Shown here one piece after another: positions 22,611 to 48,450 of a stretch of 64,000 nt of DNA (position 1 is its first letter; each line of letters opens with the position of its first letter). The position numbers and the translations under genes were made by a program. The notes beneath the pieces were generated by a model. The model searched no databases. It was not told the origin of the DNA and worked only from the letters and a program-made list of their open reading frames with translations. The DNA is from the human T2T-CHM13v2.0 reference genome, Homo sapiens, in the NCBI RefSeq assembly GCF_009914755.1, contig NC_060943.1. The stretch is one strand, 5' to 3'.

Positions 22611-23938
22611 TTCCCAAGGTGCGGGCCTGGCGCGCGGGTGGGTTAGAAGCGGAATTCTCCTGCTGGATTCTGGCGCAAACTGCGGGCTGGAGGCCCTCGC
22701 CGCCGGGTCGCAGCGGCCTAGCATGGGAGGGGAGGGGAGGGGCGGGGCGGGGCGGGGGAGGGGCCGCACCGGGATCCAGATGTTCGGGGTCCGCCAGGCA
22801 CAGCCGCGCCTGATTAAGCCACGTGGGGGCCGGCCGGGGGCCGCTGAGATGAAAGCGCGGCCGCAGGCCAGAGTAGGGGGTGCGCCGGGCCCCCACCCGG
22901 GACACCCTCTTCCCAGGCCGAAACCTGAGCCGCCCTCTAACCCGCAGACCCTGCGAGGCTGCCGCCCCGTCTGCGGGGGCGGAGCGTAGGTGGGGGACCT
23001 GCGGGCTGCTGCGCGGCGCTGCAGGCACCTGCGCCAGGCATGCCAGCGAAAGCGGGGGCATCTTTGCAGAGGATCCGGGTTTAGAGGGGCGTCCCCACTC
23101 CCTTATCTGGCGGAGAGGAAGCTGGGGGTACCCTCTAACCGAGATTCGGCTCCTGGGGCTACAGTCCATCGCCCTGGGGTGTGATGGTTATGGAAGTCAG
23201 AAGTGTCGCTATTTGCCCCGTTTTCCCATGAGAATTAGACATGTCAGCATCACCCCCTCCCCTTGCTCCTGAGCATACCTCTGTGTCCCCTCCCACTAAG
23301 CCCCAGCCCAGGGGTCTCCAGCCTTGGGGAGACAGGGCCAGATTCCCTAGGTCAGTGGATCAGGGCTGGGCCAGAGGGAGGCGAGGCTGAAGGAGCAAGG
23401 GAGGGGCTCAGAGGGCTTCCCGGAGGAGGCAAACTGCGCGCAAGTTGTCTCCTTTCTAACCTGGGTGTCAAAAGAGAAGATGCCAGGACTCAGCTGCCGG
23501 GTCCTGCGGCTCTCACCTTCCTCCCTCTCCGTTCCCTGGTTGGACTCCAGCCCCATCGCCCTCCCTCCTCCTGCAACAAGCTCTTTCCCTCAGGATCCTC
23601 GCTGATCCTTGTAGCCTGGACACCCCTTTCTCCTCTCTCCCGCGTGGTCGGCTCACACGTCGCCTCCTCCGCCAAGCTCTCCGCTCTCCTCGACACCCCT
23701 GGGGAATAGTCCCCTCCATCCCATCCCCCTATATATTTCCTTTTGGCCCCAAGCGCCAGCAGAGATCCCCCGCCCGTGGGCACCAGGGAGGTGTCCTGGG
23801 ACCCCCGCGATGGGATAGACGGTGGGGGCCGCGATGCACCTGCCCCGCCCGACCCGCACGCCTCGGGTGCCGCAGCGCAGCTACCCCGCCCGCTCTCCGC
23901 ATCTCCCACCCCCCGCTTCCCAGGCTGCCTCGCTCGGG

Positions 23939-24358
<420 letters not shown>

Positions 24359-24920
24359 TGACGGGCTGGGGTTCCCTCTGATGGGGGAGTGCTTGGGGAT
24401 GCAGGTCCTTGTGATAAGGAGCCGATACCACCTCCCGGGCTCCTTCCGCACTCTGCTGGGTAAGGACCCTCTAGCACCCAACCCCCAGCTCCCTCAGGCC
24501 TGATGGTCCCCCCACCTCATTCCTCCTCCTCCACATCGTGTTCCCTCCCCACTCAGAGCTACCAGCCCCTACTCATAAGACCACTCCCCAGGATTCAAGC
24601 CTGATCTGCGTGTGACCAAAACCCCCTCCTCTGAGCCTCCCCCTCCTCCTCCAGGTCTGAGAATCCTTCTCCATGTCTCCCCTCCTCCCTGGAACCTAGT
24701 GGGGGGAAGGCTCATTTCTCTCCACCTTCACTGTCCATTTCTCTTCTCAAGCTCCCTCCCCATCTCCCTCCTCAGAGCTAAGAGCCCCCACTAATATTTG
24801 TAGCCTCTCCCAACTTTATCTCCATCTGGCTAGATGTCGTGGGGAGCGGGGAAGCCTTTCCCTGCCTCTGCTGAATGCTCCGGTCCCCCCACCCTCCTCC
24901 TGCCCCTCCCCATGGCCTGA

Positions 24921-25427
<507 letters not shown>

Positions 25428-26080
25428 TAGTTACATGCAACAACGCCCCCCATGCCCCACCACCTTTTCAGGAATAAGTGGCAGAAAACAGCCATCATTT
25501 ATCAAACATCTGTCCTGGTTCGGGCCTGACTTCAACCTGTCCCAAATGTTTTTGTGTCACTTGGAGGCACAAAGGACAATGTCACCCCCATTTAGTGCCC
25601 AGGGGGCAACCTCCCAGGTCATACACAGGGCTGTGCAAGGGGCGAGATTTGAAGCCACCAGAGCTGTGGCCACTCCTCACCTCACTCCTCTTAGGCGCCC
25701 CCAGAGCTGCCAGGTGCTGGTCTAAGCCCTTCCCCTGTGATGAGCTGGTGGTCACTGTCACCTGGAGGGGCTCAGAACTGCGGCTCAGGGTAGAGCAGGC
25801 TTGCCTCGCAAGCACGCACACACTGCCTTATGGGAGAAATAATAACGGTTCATCTATTGTAGTCCAAGCAATGCTGCATCATGGGGAAACTGAGGCACAG
25901 AAAATCATGTAGCATAGCCAGAGACCTAGGGGCTGGGACTCCCCAGAAAGCCCTTTCCCCACTTCCCCCATTTTCCTCCACCCCTTCCCAGCTTTCACTG
26001 CTGTTCAGAAAAGCTCACTGCACTGTCAGCCCTTCCAATTCAGAGCTCCCTCTTATTTATTTATTTATTTTTTGAGATGA

Positions 26081-26434
<354 letters not shown>

Positions 26435-26675
26435 TAAGTGCCTGTGCCGTGCCAGGCACCTGGCAGGCATCCTCTAGTTGAAATTTCATGGCTACTCCAT
26501 GAAGGAAGAGAACGATACCCATTTTAGGGCTCAGAGAGCACAATCCACTTCCCTAAGGGTACACAGGAAGCCAACTGCCACGCTGAGATCTGTGTTCACT
26601 ATAAGAAGTCCTATTGGCCCAAATCACTTAGCCACATCCAATCCAAGTGAATTCTCCTAGCTCCTCTCCTGTTAG

Positions 26676-29130
<2,455 letters not shown>

Positions 29131-29217
29131 TTCCAGGACTCTATGCCCCAGGTCCTGACCTCCTCCCTCCTGGTCATGGTTATTGTGGCCTCTTAGCAAA
29201 GACCTGGTGGTCGCTGA

Positions 29218-29430
<213 letters not shown>

Positions 29431-29433
29431 TGA

Positions 29434-31605
<2,172 letters not shown>

Positions 31606-32085
31606 GCCTCCACTGGCCCCATCACTGCCAACTGCAGGGGGCCCCTCGGGCCTCACTTGCCCTGAGCCCAGGAGTCCAAGGGCAGGGTGGGTCCAGCCTT
31701 GAGCCCCTCCACCCCCAAATCCTTCCTCTCCTCCCAGTCCCACCCCTTGCCCCACGGAGTCCTGGGGACGCAGTGCCCCAGCTGGGAAGAGGGCGGGATC
31801 GGGCACTGGTTCCTCCTTGTCCCCGCTTTCTTGGGGGCTTGCTACTTTTTGTCTTCTATTGTGTGGCTTTCTGAGTATTTGAACCCCAGTCCTGTGTCAC
31901 CTTCCTTTTTCCTTCTCTGTCCCCTCTCTGCGGGGGGGCGCTGAGGCTGAGGGGGAGCTGCGTCTTGCTAGGGCTTCCCCCTTCTCCCCATCCCGGTCTC
32001 CAGAGACCCAGCTTCTGAGAGACAGGGTGTGGGCATCTCCATGCCCCTATAAAGCGTGCCTGGGGCTTGTCTGGGGCTGGGGAGG

Positions 32086-32091
32086 AATAAA
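32086..32091 (+). terminator. TMEM59L: TMEM59L polyadenylation signal
   Basis: AATAAA ~480 nt after the stop, followed by a GT-rich stretch; a TATAAA variant lies at 32048-32053. Confidence 0.8.
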
Positions 32092-32392
32092 CCATGTATA
32101 TAAAAGAGTTTCAGGCTGAGCCTGCTTCTGTTCGGTTGTCTGTCTGCCCTTGGGGTGTGGCCCACGCATGGCTATGACCCCTGCCGAGCAGGATCTTTCT
32201 GACATGGGAAAGCCCTGGAAACCCAGGTGGCACCAGGCACTGAAAGTAGCTGCCTCTCAGAAGGACACTCCCTCTGGTCTAACCCAGGTCACACTCCCAG
32301 CTACAGATGTCCCTGGAAAACTGACTCGAGGCCAGGCGCAGCAGCTCATGCCTGTAATCCCAGCACTTTAGGAGACTGAGGCAGGAGATTCA

Positions 32393-32922
<530 letters not shown>

Positions 32923-33338
32923 TAGGTGGGATTATAGGCGCGTGCCACCATGCGCGGCTACTTTTTGTATTTTCAGTAGAGACGCAGTTTCACCATGTTG
33001 GCCAGGCTGGTCTTGAACTCCTGACCTTAAATAATCTGCCCACCTCAGCCTCCCAAAGTGCTGGGATTACAGGCATGAGCCTCTGCACCCAGCCAGCTTT
33101 ATTTATTTATTTTTTAAAAAATGAGATAGGCTCGGCCGGGCACAGTGGCTCATGCCTGTAATCCTAGCACTTTGGGAGGCCGAGGCGGGCAGATCACGAG
33201 GTCAGGAGATTGAGACCATTCTGGGTAACATGGTGAAACCCTGTCTCTACTAAAAATACAAAAAAAAATTAGCTGGGCATGGTGGTGGGCGCCTGTAGTC
33301 CCAGCTACTCAGGAGGCTAAGGCAGGAGAACGGCGTGA

Positions 33339-33551
<213 letters not shown>

Positions 33552-33619
33552 TGACTGCAGGAAGGGAGCCACGCCCTTCCGTTCCTGTCTGTTCTGCAGA
33601 CTCCTCCAGATTCTTCTTG

Positions 33620-34050
33620 TAACTCCGCTTTGAGATTCAGTTGACTTGAGTTGGTTTCTGTTGCTCGAAACCAGAGATTCCTGACTGATACAGGGCCTCA
33701 TCCCCTGGGCAGAGCTCAGGATCAGGAGCATGATGGCCCCAGCCTACAGGCAATGGGGTGGAGAGTCCCAGGAATTCCAGGCTGATGGAGTGACAGTGGG
33801 TCTGCAGGTTGGGGCAGAAAATTAAATGATGCCTCCTGGGGCTGTGTGTAAGACTCTCCACCCTTCACTCTACCCTGGATCCTGGAAGGTTGATCCACTT
33901 GGACCCTCTTCTTTCCACTGGAGTCAGTCAGAGGGACCACTGGCAGGAGATGAGAGGAGGGAGGAGTCAAGGTCTTTCCTGGTGTCCTTCCCAGCATCCC
34001 CTGACTCAAGACCACAACTCGACCAAGCAGCCTCCCCTGGAGATCTTCAA
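33620..34050. mobile_element. MLT1-type LTR remnants
   Basis: ttgagttggtttctgttgctcgaaaccagagattcctgactgataca resembles an MLT1 3' end. Confidence 0.55.
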
Positions 34051-34202
34051 GAGCTCTGGAGGGGCGGGGCGCAGTGACTCATGCCTGTAATCCCAGTACT
34101 TTAGGAGGCAGAGGAGGGTGGATCAACTGAAGTCAGGGGTTCAAGACCAGCCTGGCCAACGTGGCGAAATTCCCGTCTCTACAAAAATACAAAAATTAGC
34201 TA

Positions 34203-34444
<242 letters not shown>

Positions 34445-35478
34445 TCACTTGAGTGTAGGAGTTTGAGACAAATCTGGGGAATATAGCAAGATTCATCTCT
34501 ACAAGAAATTTAAAAATTTAGCCAGACCTGGTGGTGGGCACCAGTAATCTCAGCTGCTGAGCTGAAGCTGAGGTGGAGGGATCACTTGAGCCCAGGAAGA
34601 CAAGGCTGCAGTGAGCCATGATTGCACTAATGCACTCCAGCGTGGCTGAGAAGAGTGAGACCATTTCCAAAAAAATAAATAGATAAATCAAAATAAAAGG
34701 CTGGGCTCGGTGGCTCATGCTTGTAATCCCAGCAATTTGGGAGGGTGAGGCGGAAGGATTACTTGATGCCAGGAGCTTGAGACCAGCCTGGCCAACATGG
34801 TGAAACCCCGTTCCTACTAAAAATACAAAAAATTAGCTGGGCGTGGTGGCCCATGTCTGTAATCCCGGATATTTGGGAGGCTAAGGCATGAGAATCCTTC
34901 AACCTGGGAGGCGGAGGTTGGAGTGAGCCGAGATCATGCTACTACACTGCAGCCTGGGCGAAAGAGTGAGGCACTGTCTCAAATAATAGCAATAATAGCC
35001 CGGGCACGGTAGCTCCCACCTGTAATCCCAGCACTTTGGGAAGCTGAGGCGGGTGGATTGCCTGAGCTCAGGAGTTCACAACCAGCCTGGGCAACATGGT
35101 GAAACCCTGTCTCTACTGAAATACAAAAAATTTGCCAGGCGTGGCAGTGTGTGCCTGTAGACCCAGCTACTTACTCAGGAGGCTGAGGCAGGAGAATTGC
35201 TTGAACCCAGGAGGCAAAGGTTGCAGTGAGCTGGGATCATGCACTGCACTCCTGCCTGGGAGACAGAGCAAGACTCTGTCTCAAATAAATAAATACAATA
35301 ATAATAATTGTTCCTTTAGGCCAGGCAGGGTGGCTCACATCTGTAATCCCAGCTCTTTGATAGGCCCAGGTGGGAGGATCGCTTGAGCCCAGGAGTTCAA
35401 TGTTACAGTGAGTTATGATCATGCCTAGGTGACAGAGTGGGACTGTGGTTCAAAAAATACATGTATAGCCCATTTATT

Positions 35479-35525
35479 TATGTATGTATGTATGTATGTA
35501 TGTATGTATGTATGTATGTATGTAT
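35479..35525. repeat. (TATG)n microsatellite
   Basis: direct reading. Confidence 0.9.
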
Positions 35526-35788
35526 TTTGAGACGGAGTCTCGCTCTGTTGCCCAGGCTGGAGTGCAGTGGTACGATCTTGGCTCACTGCAACCTCCATCC
35601 CCTCGGTTCAAGTGATTCTTCGACCTCAGCCTACTGAGTAGCTGGGATTACAGGTGCATACCACCACGCCCGGCTAATTTTTGTATTTTTATTAGAGCCA
35701 GGCTTTCACCATGTTGGCCAGGCTGGTCTTGAACTCCTGACTTCAGGTAATCCGTTAGCCTCGGCCTCCCAACCACTTTATTTATTAA

Positions 35789-36115
<327 letters not shown>

Positions 36116-36169
36116 TAGGAATGTTGCCCAGAAATAAGACATGGGCAGAGGTGAGAAGAGAATGACAGC

Positions 36170-36513
<344 letters not shown>

Positions 36514-37162
36514 TCACACCAACCTTCGCTTCCCAGGTTCAAGCGATTCTCTTGCCTCAGCCTTCCGAGTAGCTGGGAGCTGGGATTACAGTCACTTGCC
36601 ACCACGCCCAGCTAATTTTTGTATTGTTTTATTAGAGATGGGGTTCCGCCATGTTGACTAGGCTGGTCTTGAACTCCTGACATCCGGTGATCTGCCCACC
36701 TCGGCCTCCCAAAGTGCTGGGATTACAGCGTGAGCCACTGCACCCAGCTGAGGCACCCGTCTTTATTTAAAAAAAAAAAAGAAATTGACCAGTTGTGGGG
36801 GCATGTGCCTCTAGTCCCAGCTACTAAGGTGGCTGAGGTGGGAGGATTGCTTGAGACTAGGAGTTTGACACTAGCTCGGGCAACATAGCAAGACCCTTTC
36901 TCTAAAACAATTTTTTAGGCCAGATGCAGGCAACAAAGTGAAGCCCTGTCTCTACAAAAAATATACGTATATACAAAATTAGCCAGGTATTATGGCGGCT
37001 GCCTGTAGTCCCAGCTACTCCCAGATACTTGGAAGGTTAAGGAGGAAGGATTGCTTGAGCCTGGGGAGGTTGAGGCTGCAGTGAGCTGTGACTGCACCAC
37101 CGCATACCAGCCTGGGTGACAGAGTAAGATCCTGTCTCTGACATGACATCATGCCAGGCTAA

Positions 37163-37358
<196 letters not shown>

Positions 37359-37361
37359 TAG

Positions 37362-37457
<96 letters not shown>

Positions 37458-37460
37458 TGA

Positions 37461-37883
<423 letters not shown>

Positions 37884-38403
37884 TGAACTCCTGACCTCTC
37901 TCAGCCTTCCAAAGTGCTGGGATTACAGGCATGAGCCACTGCGGCCGGCCCTGCTGTGGATTTAAATGGCTACTGTCACTGGTCAGCCCAGTTTGAAAGG
38001 GACTTCATATGGACTCACTCTGTCTCCTTGCCTGGCCCCCAGTTTCTCTTCTTAGTGGCTCTAGACATCTGGGCTGCATCTTGATTCTTAACTGTCCTCA
38101 CCTCACTTCATTCCATCAGCACAGCTTGTCCCCTAGGCCTCCAAAGCATACCTCCAGCCCACAAGCATCTCTTTGTCTCCATGGCAACCACCGAAGTCCA
38201 AGCTGCCACTGCCTCTCACTCAGCAATGGTGCCCACCTCCTCCTCTTGGGGCTTCCGGCCTCTCCAGTTGCCCTCTGGTTCCATCTTGGATAAAGCAAAT
38301 CTGACCCCAGACTCCACACCTTTCTGGGGTTTACTGTTGTCTTGAGGAGCCCAAACATTCCCAGACAGCAGAGATTCCCACGATCGGGTCTCACTAACAC
38401 TAA

Positions 38404-38700
<297 letters not shown>

Positions 38701-39064
38701 TGAGCCACTGCACCCGGCCATCACCAAGCGCTTCTGTGAGGCTCTGCCCCTCACTCCCTCTGCTCTGGCGGCTGCGTGAGGTTCTCTCTGGATTTCTTGA
38801 GCCTACCTTGTTCCTTCCAGCCCCAGGGCCTTTGCACATGCAGTCCCCTCTGCCAGGAGCACACTCCTGGTCCTGCTTCACCAAGTTCTCAGCCACGTCA
38901 GCATCCCCTGGGATCCCCATGTTTCACTTCCTGTCCATCTTCCCTGCTCTGATGACATTCGTCGTTGATTAAAAATTATTTGTTGGCTGAGGGCAGTGGC
39001 ACATGCCTGTAATTCCAGCACTTTAGGAGGCTGAGGTGGGCAGATCACCTGAGGTCAGGAGTTA

Positions 39065-39514
<450 letters not shown>

Positions 39515-40404
39515 CTATGAAGAGCTTTTGATCTTTGCCAGCCTGGCAGCCACCTCTCCTGTGCCATCCCTCCTGCCTTTTGGTCTTGGAGACCAAAATG
39601 CGCTTGTCCTCATTTTGAATCAATGGTCTGGCCTTGGGGCCTTTTCTGCAGCTTCCCTTTGCTTTGCAATGCTGTTACGGACTTGGTAGGCATCTACCCA
39701 GCACCTGCAGTCTTCCTTCTTCCTTCGTTTTATTTGTTTGATTTTTGTTGTTTCATCTGTCGTCCAGGCTGGAGTGCAGTGGCGCAATCTTGGCTCACCA
39801 CAACCTCCGCCTGTCGGATTCAAGTGATTCTTCTGCCTCAGCCTCCCAAGTAGCTGGAATTACAGGTGTCCACCACCACGCCCGGCTAATTTTTTGTATT
39901 TTTAGTAGAGACAAGGTTTCACCATGTTGGCCAGGCTAGTCTTAAACTCCTGACTTCATGATCTATCCACCTCAGCCTCCCAAAGTGCTGGGATTACAGG
40001 CGTGAGCCACTGTGCTCAGCCTATTTACTTCTTTATGGGTTCATCTTCTGCCTCCTACATCACTCAAGACTGGGCTCACTGGGAGGGCAGGGCTGCATCG
40101 GCTGTGACCCCAGTACCCATCAACGCAGGTCACAGAGGAATGACCCAACAAGGGTGTCTGGGATGGCTGGGAAAGAACCCCGCTTGCCATGCAGAGGCCT
40201 TGGGGCTGCTCTGCCCAGTAACCAACCCCTTACCCTATCCTGACTCTCAGGAGAGAAAGGCCTCTTTGACCACGTAGCTGAAGACCAGACTCACCACAGC
40301 TCTGTCTCTGAGCTTCAATTTCCTCTTCTGTCCTAGAGCCCTGCCCCTCCCTCCATTTTCATCCTGAGCTGCACACAGACCTGGTAGTGGGTGGGTGGGT
40401 GGCT

Positions 40405-40459
40405 GGCGTCATGGCAACGGTAGCACAGGGTTGCCACAGCAACTTGGTTCCCTAGTGAC
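40405..40459. promoter_or_regulatory. Candidate RFX X-box cluster
   Basis: GGCGTCATGGCAAC, GTTGCCACAGCAAC, GTTCCCTAGTGAC within 55 bp. Confidence 0.5.
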
Positions 40460-41057
40460 AGGCCTGAGTTTCTTAGCCCAGGGGTGGCAATCCGCCAGGA
40501 AGAAATGGGGAGAGGGTGTCCCCAGCATCCAGCTGGCACACAGGGGACATTCTGTAAACACTTGGAGGGCAGGATGGGGATGCATGGTGGCTGTCTTTTC
40601 CTGGGGTGCGAAGAGGAGACTTCAGGTCCCTGTTGGGCTCCATGCAGCTCCTGGCACACTCTCCCTCCTCAGGGCCCCCATGCAGGCTGTTCCCTCCGCC
40701 TGGAGGCTGTTCCCTCTTCGCTCCGTCTGGCCAGCTCTTCAGCCTGACCTCCTGGCTCAGCCCCAGCTTTTATCATGGTGACAATTAAGTGATGGCTTGT
40801 TTGCTTGTGTGATGATTGGTTTAATAAATGTTCCCTCTGCCAGATGCTATGCGCTAGGCGTCTCGGTCACAGCTGTGTCCCACACACCAAGGAGGCTGCT
40901 CTCAATACATCTTTGTCGACACTCTCCATCCTTGCTCCGCCTTGCCCACTTCTTCCAAGCCAGTGCGGCCTCATCTCTATCCCTTGAGCTTTTTCTGGCA
41001 CTGGGCTTAGGTCCTTCATATTATGTCCTCTCAGAATATACGGGAACATTGCACAAT

Positions 41058-41092
41058 GTTCTGGAATGTCCTGGAACATTCTAGAACATTCT
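41058..41092. promoter_or_regulatory. Candidate heat shock element (7 alternating nGAAn/nTTCn units)
   Basis: gTTCtgGAAtgTCCtgGAAcaTTCtaGAAcaTTCt. Confidence 0.55.
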
Positions 41093-41459
41093 GTCCCCTT
41101 CTTTTACTGAAGCTGGGACATCATCACCTCTTCAGGGAGGCTCTCCCTGATCTTCTGGCTGAAGCAGTGCTCCCCTACCCAACACACACTTGATCGCTCT
41201 CAGCTCATTGCCTTCAAGGCAGTTATTGCCATCTGAAATGGCCTTGGTCATTGATCAATTATATATCTCAGATTTGTCTTTCCCATCAGAATGTACCTTT
41301 CAGAATATCTTGGAACATGAGGTCAAGGATCTTGTCGGATGGGCTGACAGTTGAATCCCCAGCAGCCTCTCAGCACCCTAGTCCCCACAGTGGTGGGTCC
41401 CAGTTGGTCGCCCCCCAGAGGTAGTCCTAGTTCTTATCACATTGGGTGGATTTGACCTT

Positions 41460-45668
<4,209 letters not shown>

Positions 45669-47279
45669 TTACATTGCCACTGCTTACAAGCCCCCTCTCC
45701 CTTCTCATTTCATGCAGAGGACCCCAAAAATGATCCCCAAAGCCCTCTGTGACCTGAAGCACCTCCTGTTGCCTCCCAGCCATTCTCCTCCCCTCTCCTC
45801 TCCCTCTTCCTAATTTTTCTCTGCCAGGCCACTCTCTAGGCACGCTCCTGCCCCAGGGACATTGCACTGGCTGCCCTGTGCTATGTGATCGTGGAGGACA
45901 GATCACACAGTGTGTCCAAAGTGCAGTGAGTCTACAGCACACTATGTGTGTGTGCACAGCCAGGAGCCCAGAGAACCTCTTCTTTCTTATCTTCAGCTGT
46001 GTGTCTTGTGTGTCTGACATATGGGTCAAATCTGGATGTTTATGAAGTGTGCGTGCATATGGACACCATTGATTTCAAATGTTATTTGTGGCGGGTGTGT
46101 CAGCTGTAGGTCGCTGCTGAGTGAGGTTTGATGCCTGCATGTGGTTCGTCTGGAACAAAGACTCCTGGGGCGGTGCTGACTTAGGGCAGGCAAGGGTGTG
46201 TGTGTGTGTGTGCAGAGCTTGCCGGAACGTGAGCTGTTCATGCACGCGTGCATTCAACATTTGCAGAGTGCTTACTGTGTATTGGAGATGCCAGCAGTTC
46301 CCTTCAGCACTTGGTATCTGTCAGCTTGCACAGGGTCATCTGAGAGCATTTTGTGTAACGATTGAGCACGTATTGTTGTATCAGGCCCTCTGTTGGAGAT
46401 GCTGGTTGAGTGCGGTCCAACCTGCAGGAGTCCACTCAAGCAGGCCCCTTCCTTCCTCCTATGGGGTCTCCAGCCCCATAGCCACCTCCTTCTTCCAGCA
46501 CTGACGGGAAAGAAGGCTTTGAGCTCCTTCTGGATCACTGCTTTCTGCCCAAGACTGCACAAGTCAGAGTTTTCTGACTTGGAGGTTAAAAGAATAAATG
46601 AGCTCCAAGCTACAGAGGGGATCCTGGGAGCCTGGAGCTTACCAGAGATGGGGGGTGAGGGGTGCCCCCAAAAGGTCTAGATGCTTCATAGACGCCTATA
46701 GATGCAGGACTTTGAGCCCTGGCTGAGGGTCAGTGTGTTGGGAGGGCTGGTGCTTGGGGATCTGAGGGTGTTGGGTCCGGTGGAATGGACTTTGGGAGTG
46801 TAAGGTTTGAAGGATCTGTGGGCAGGGATTTGGGGGAGTGGGAGATGAGATTTGAGTAGAGAATGGGAGATAATTGGATGTGCAGGGTTTTAGAGTATGA
46901 GAAACCAGAATTGGTGTATGAAGCAGGTGGTGGGAACCTAAGGCCAGATGATTGGGGTCTCAGGGTGGAGGCTCTGAAGAGGGTATGTCAGGGGAGGGTG
47001 GGGAACCATGAGGGGCTGGAAGTCTGAGGCCTGGGCATGGGTGAGTTTCGCCCCTGAGAGAGGCCTGGGAAGGAGGTAAGACTGGAGTCGGGGTGTGCAG
47101 GGTGGGGAGAGGGAGGGTGTGGTTCTCAGAGCTTAGAGACCCATTTCTCCATGCTCCATCTCACCCTCCCTCCCACCCTACCTATAACTCACTTCCCTGT
47201 GGCTCCAACGCCTCAAAGTATAACCACGCCCAGCCAACGCCCGGGGCACGCCTGCCAGCGCCCCAGGGCACTCACAGAC

Positions 47280-48450
47280 ACTCCTTAACACCTGCACGTG
47301 CCCCGCCCCTCCTCAGATCCGCCGCTCACTTAGCCCGGCCCCACCCCCATCAGATGAGGCTCCGCCCCCCCGGCCCCGCCAATCCCTCGCCCCCTCCACG
47401 CACACACCCCTGATCTTCCCCGCCCTCCTTCCAACCAGACTCCACCCCTCGCCCAGGCCCCGCCCTTCCTCAGACCAGGCCCTCTCTTCGCTTGACCACA
47501 TCCATCCCCAGATTCCTCCTCTCTCCTGCCCAGACCCGCCCAACCTCAGACCCATCTTCTCCTTTCTACCTCCCCGACCACTCCCCCACCGCATTCCTAA
47601 CCTCCACCTTGTCCCTTCTCACACCTGGCCCCGCCCTTTATCCTGCGCCCCGCCTCCTCCGCAGGCCGGACCCTTGTCCCTCCTCCTCTTGCCCTGGGCC
47701 TGCCCCTTCTTCAGACCCCGCCCCACTCCTCAGCCCAGGGACCAACCCCATCCTGCGCCTACTTGTCCTGCTTCGCCCCGTCCCCACCTATCCACAGACA
47801 ATACGCCCTCTCAGCCCAGAACCGCTTCCCTTTCAGACTTGGTTCCGCCCCTCACGCCAGGTTCCCGCCCCAATCCGGCACCCCTAGCCCAGGCCCCGCC
47901 CTGGACCCACCTCTCTGCATAGCAGGCCCCTCCCTTTATCCCAGACCCGCCCTGGCCCTCCGTAGACCACGCCCCTCCGATTCCGGGCCCGCCCCAATCC
48001 TTGGTTTCTGGTCCCGGCCCCGCCCCTCCGCAGACCTGGCCCCGCCCCGCCCCCCGCGTCTCGGTTTCCCGGGCCTGCGCGCGCGGCTCCCGTCACTCGA
48101 ACGCGCGACGGCGGGGGGAAGATGGCGGAGTCCGGCGGTAGCAGCGGTGGTGCTGGTGGCGGCGGCGCTTTCGGCGCGGGCCCGGGCCCCGAGCGCCCGA
48201 ACAGGTGAGACCCGGCCCGCAGGATAGACCTGCACCTGTCTTGGAGCCCAGGAAACCTGTGGGCAGTCTTGGGCGTCCTGAGGGGTTGAGGGGAGGCCTG
48301 GCACGGCTCGAGGGTCTTTCGCTGAGAATTTGGACTTTACGGGGCCGTGGGGTACTGGAGGAGCCGAGGGCTACTGAGGGGGTGGCTGGAGGGGGGCTGG
48401 GTGCCCCAGGACCTCGAGGCGTCTGCAGGCGGCCCTAGGGACCTGAGAAT
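47280..48450. promoter_or_regulatory. KLHL26 CpG-island promoter
   Basis: more than ten CCGCCC GC boxes, two CCCGCCCCAATCC composites, YY1-like AAGATGGCGG overlapping the ATG (48119-48128). Confidence 0.8.
48122..48204 (+). CDS. KLHL26: KLHL26 exon 1 coding part; rest of the gene is beyond the window
   Basis: aagATGG; MAESGGSSGGAGGGGAFGAGPGPERPN(S), recognised KLHL26 N-terminus; donor AG|gtgaga; CpG island; expected gene order after TMEM59L. Confidence 0.88.

Noticed and set aside
31928-31941. CTCF-like motif (others near 41410, 44550, 59640, 63695)
   Set aside because: Partial matches are frequent in GC-rich DNA; not supportable by eye.
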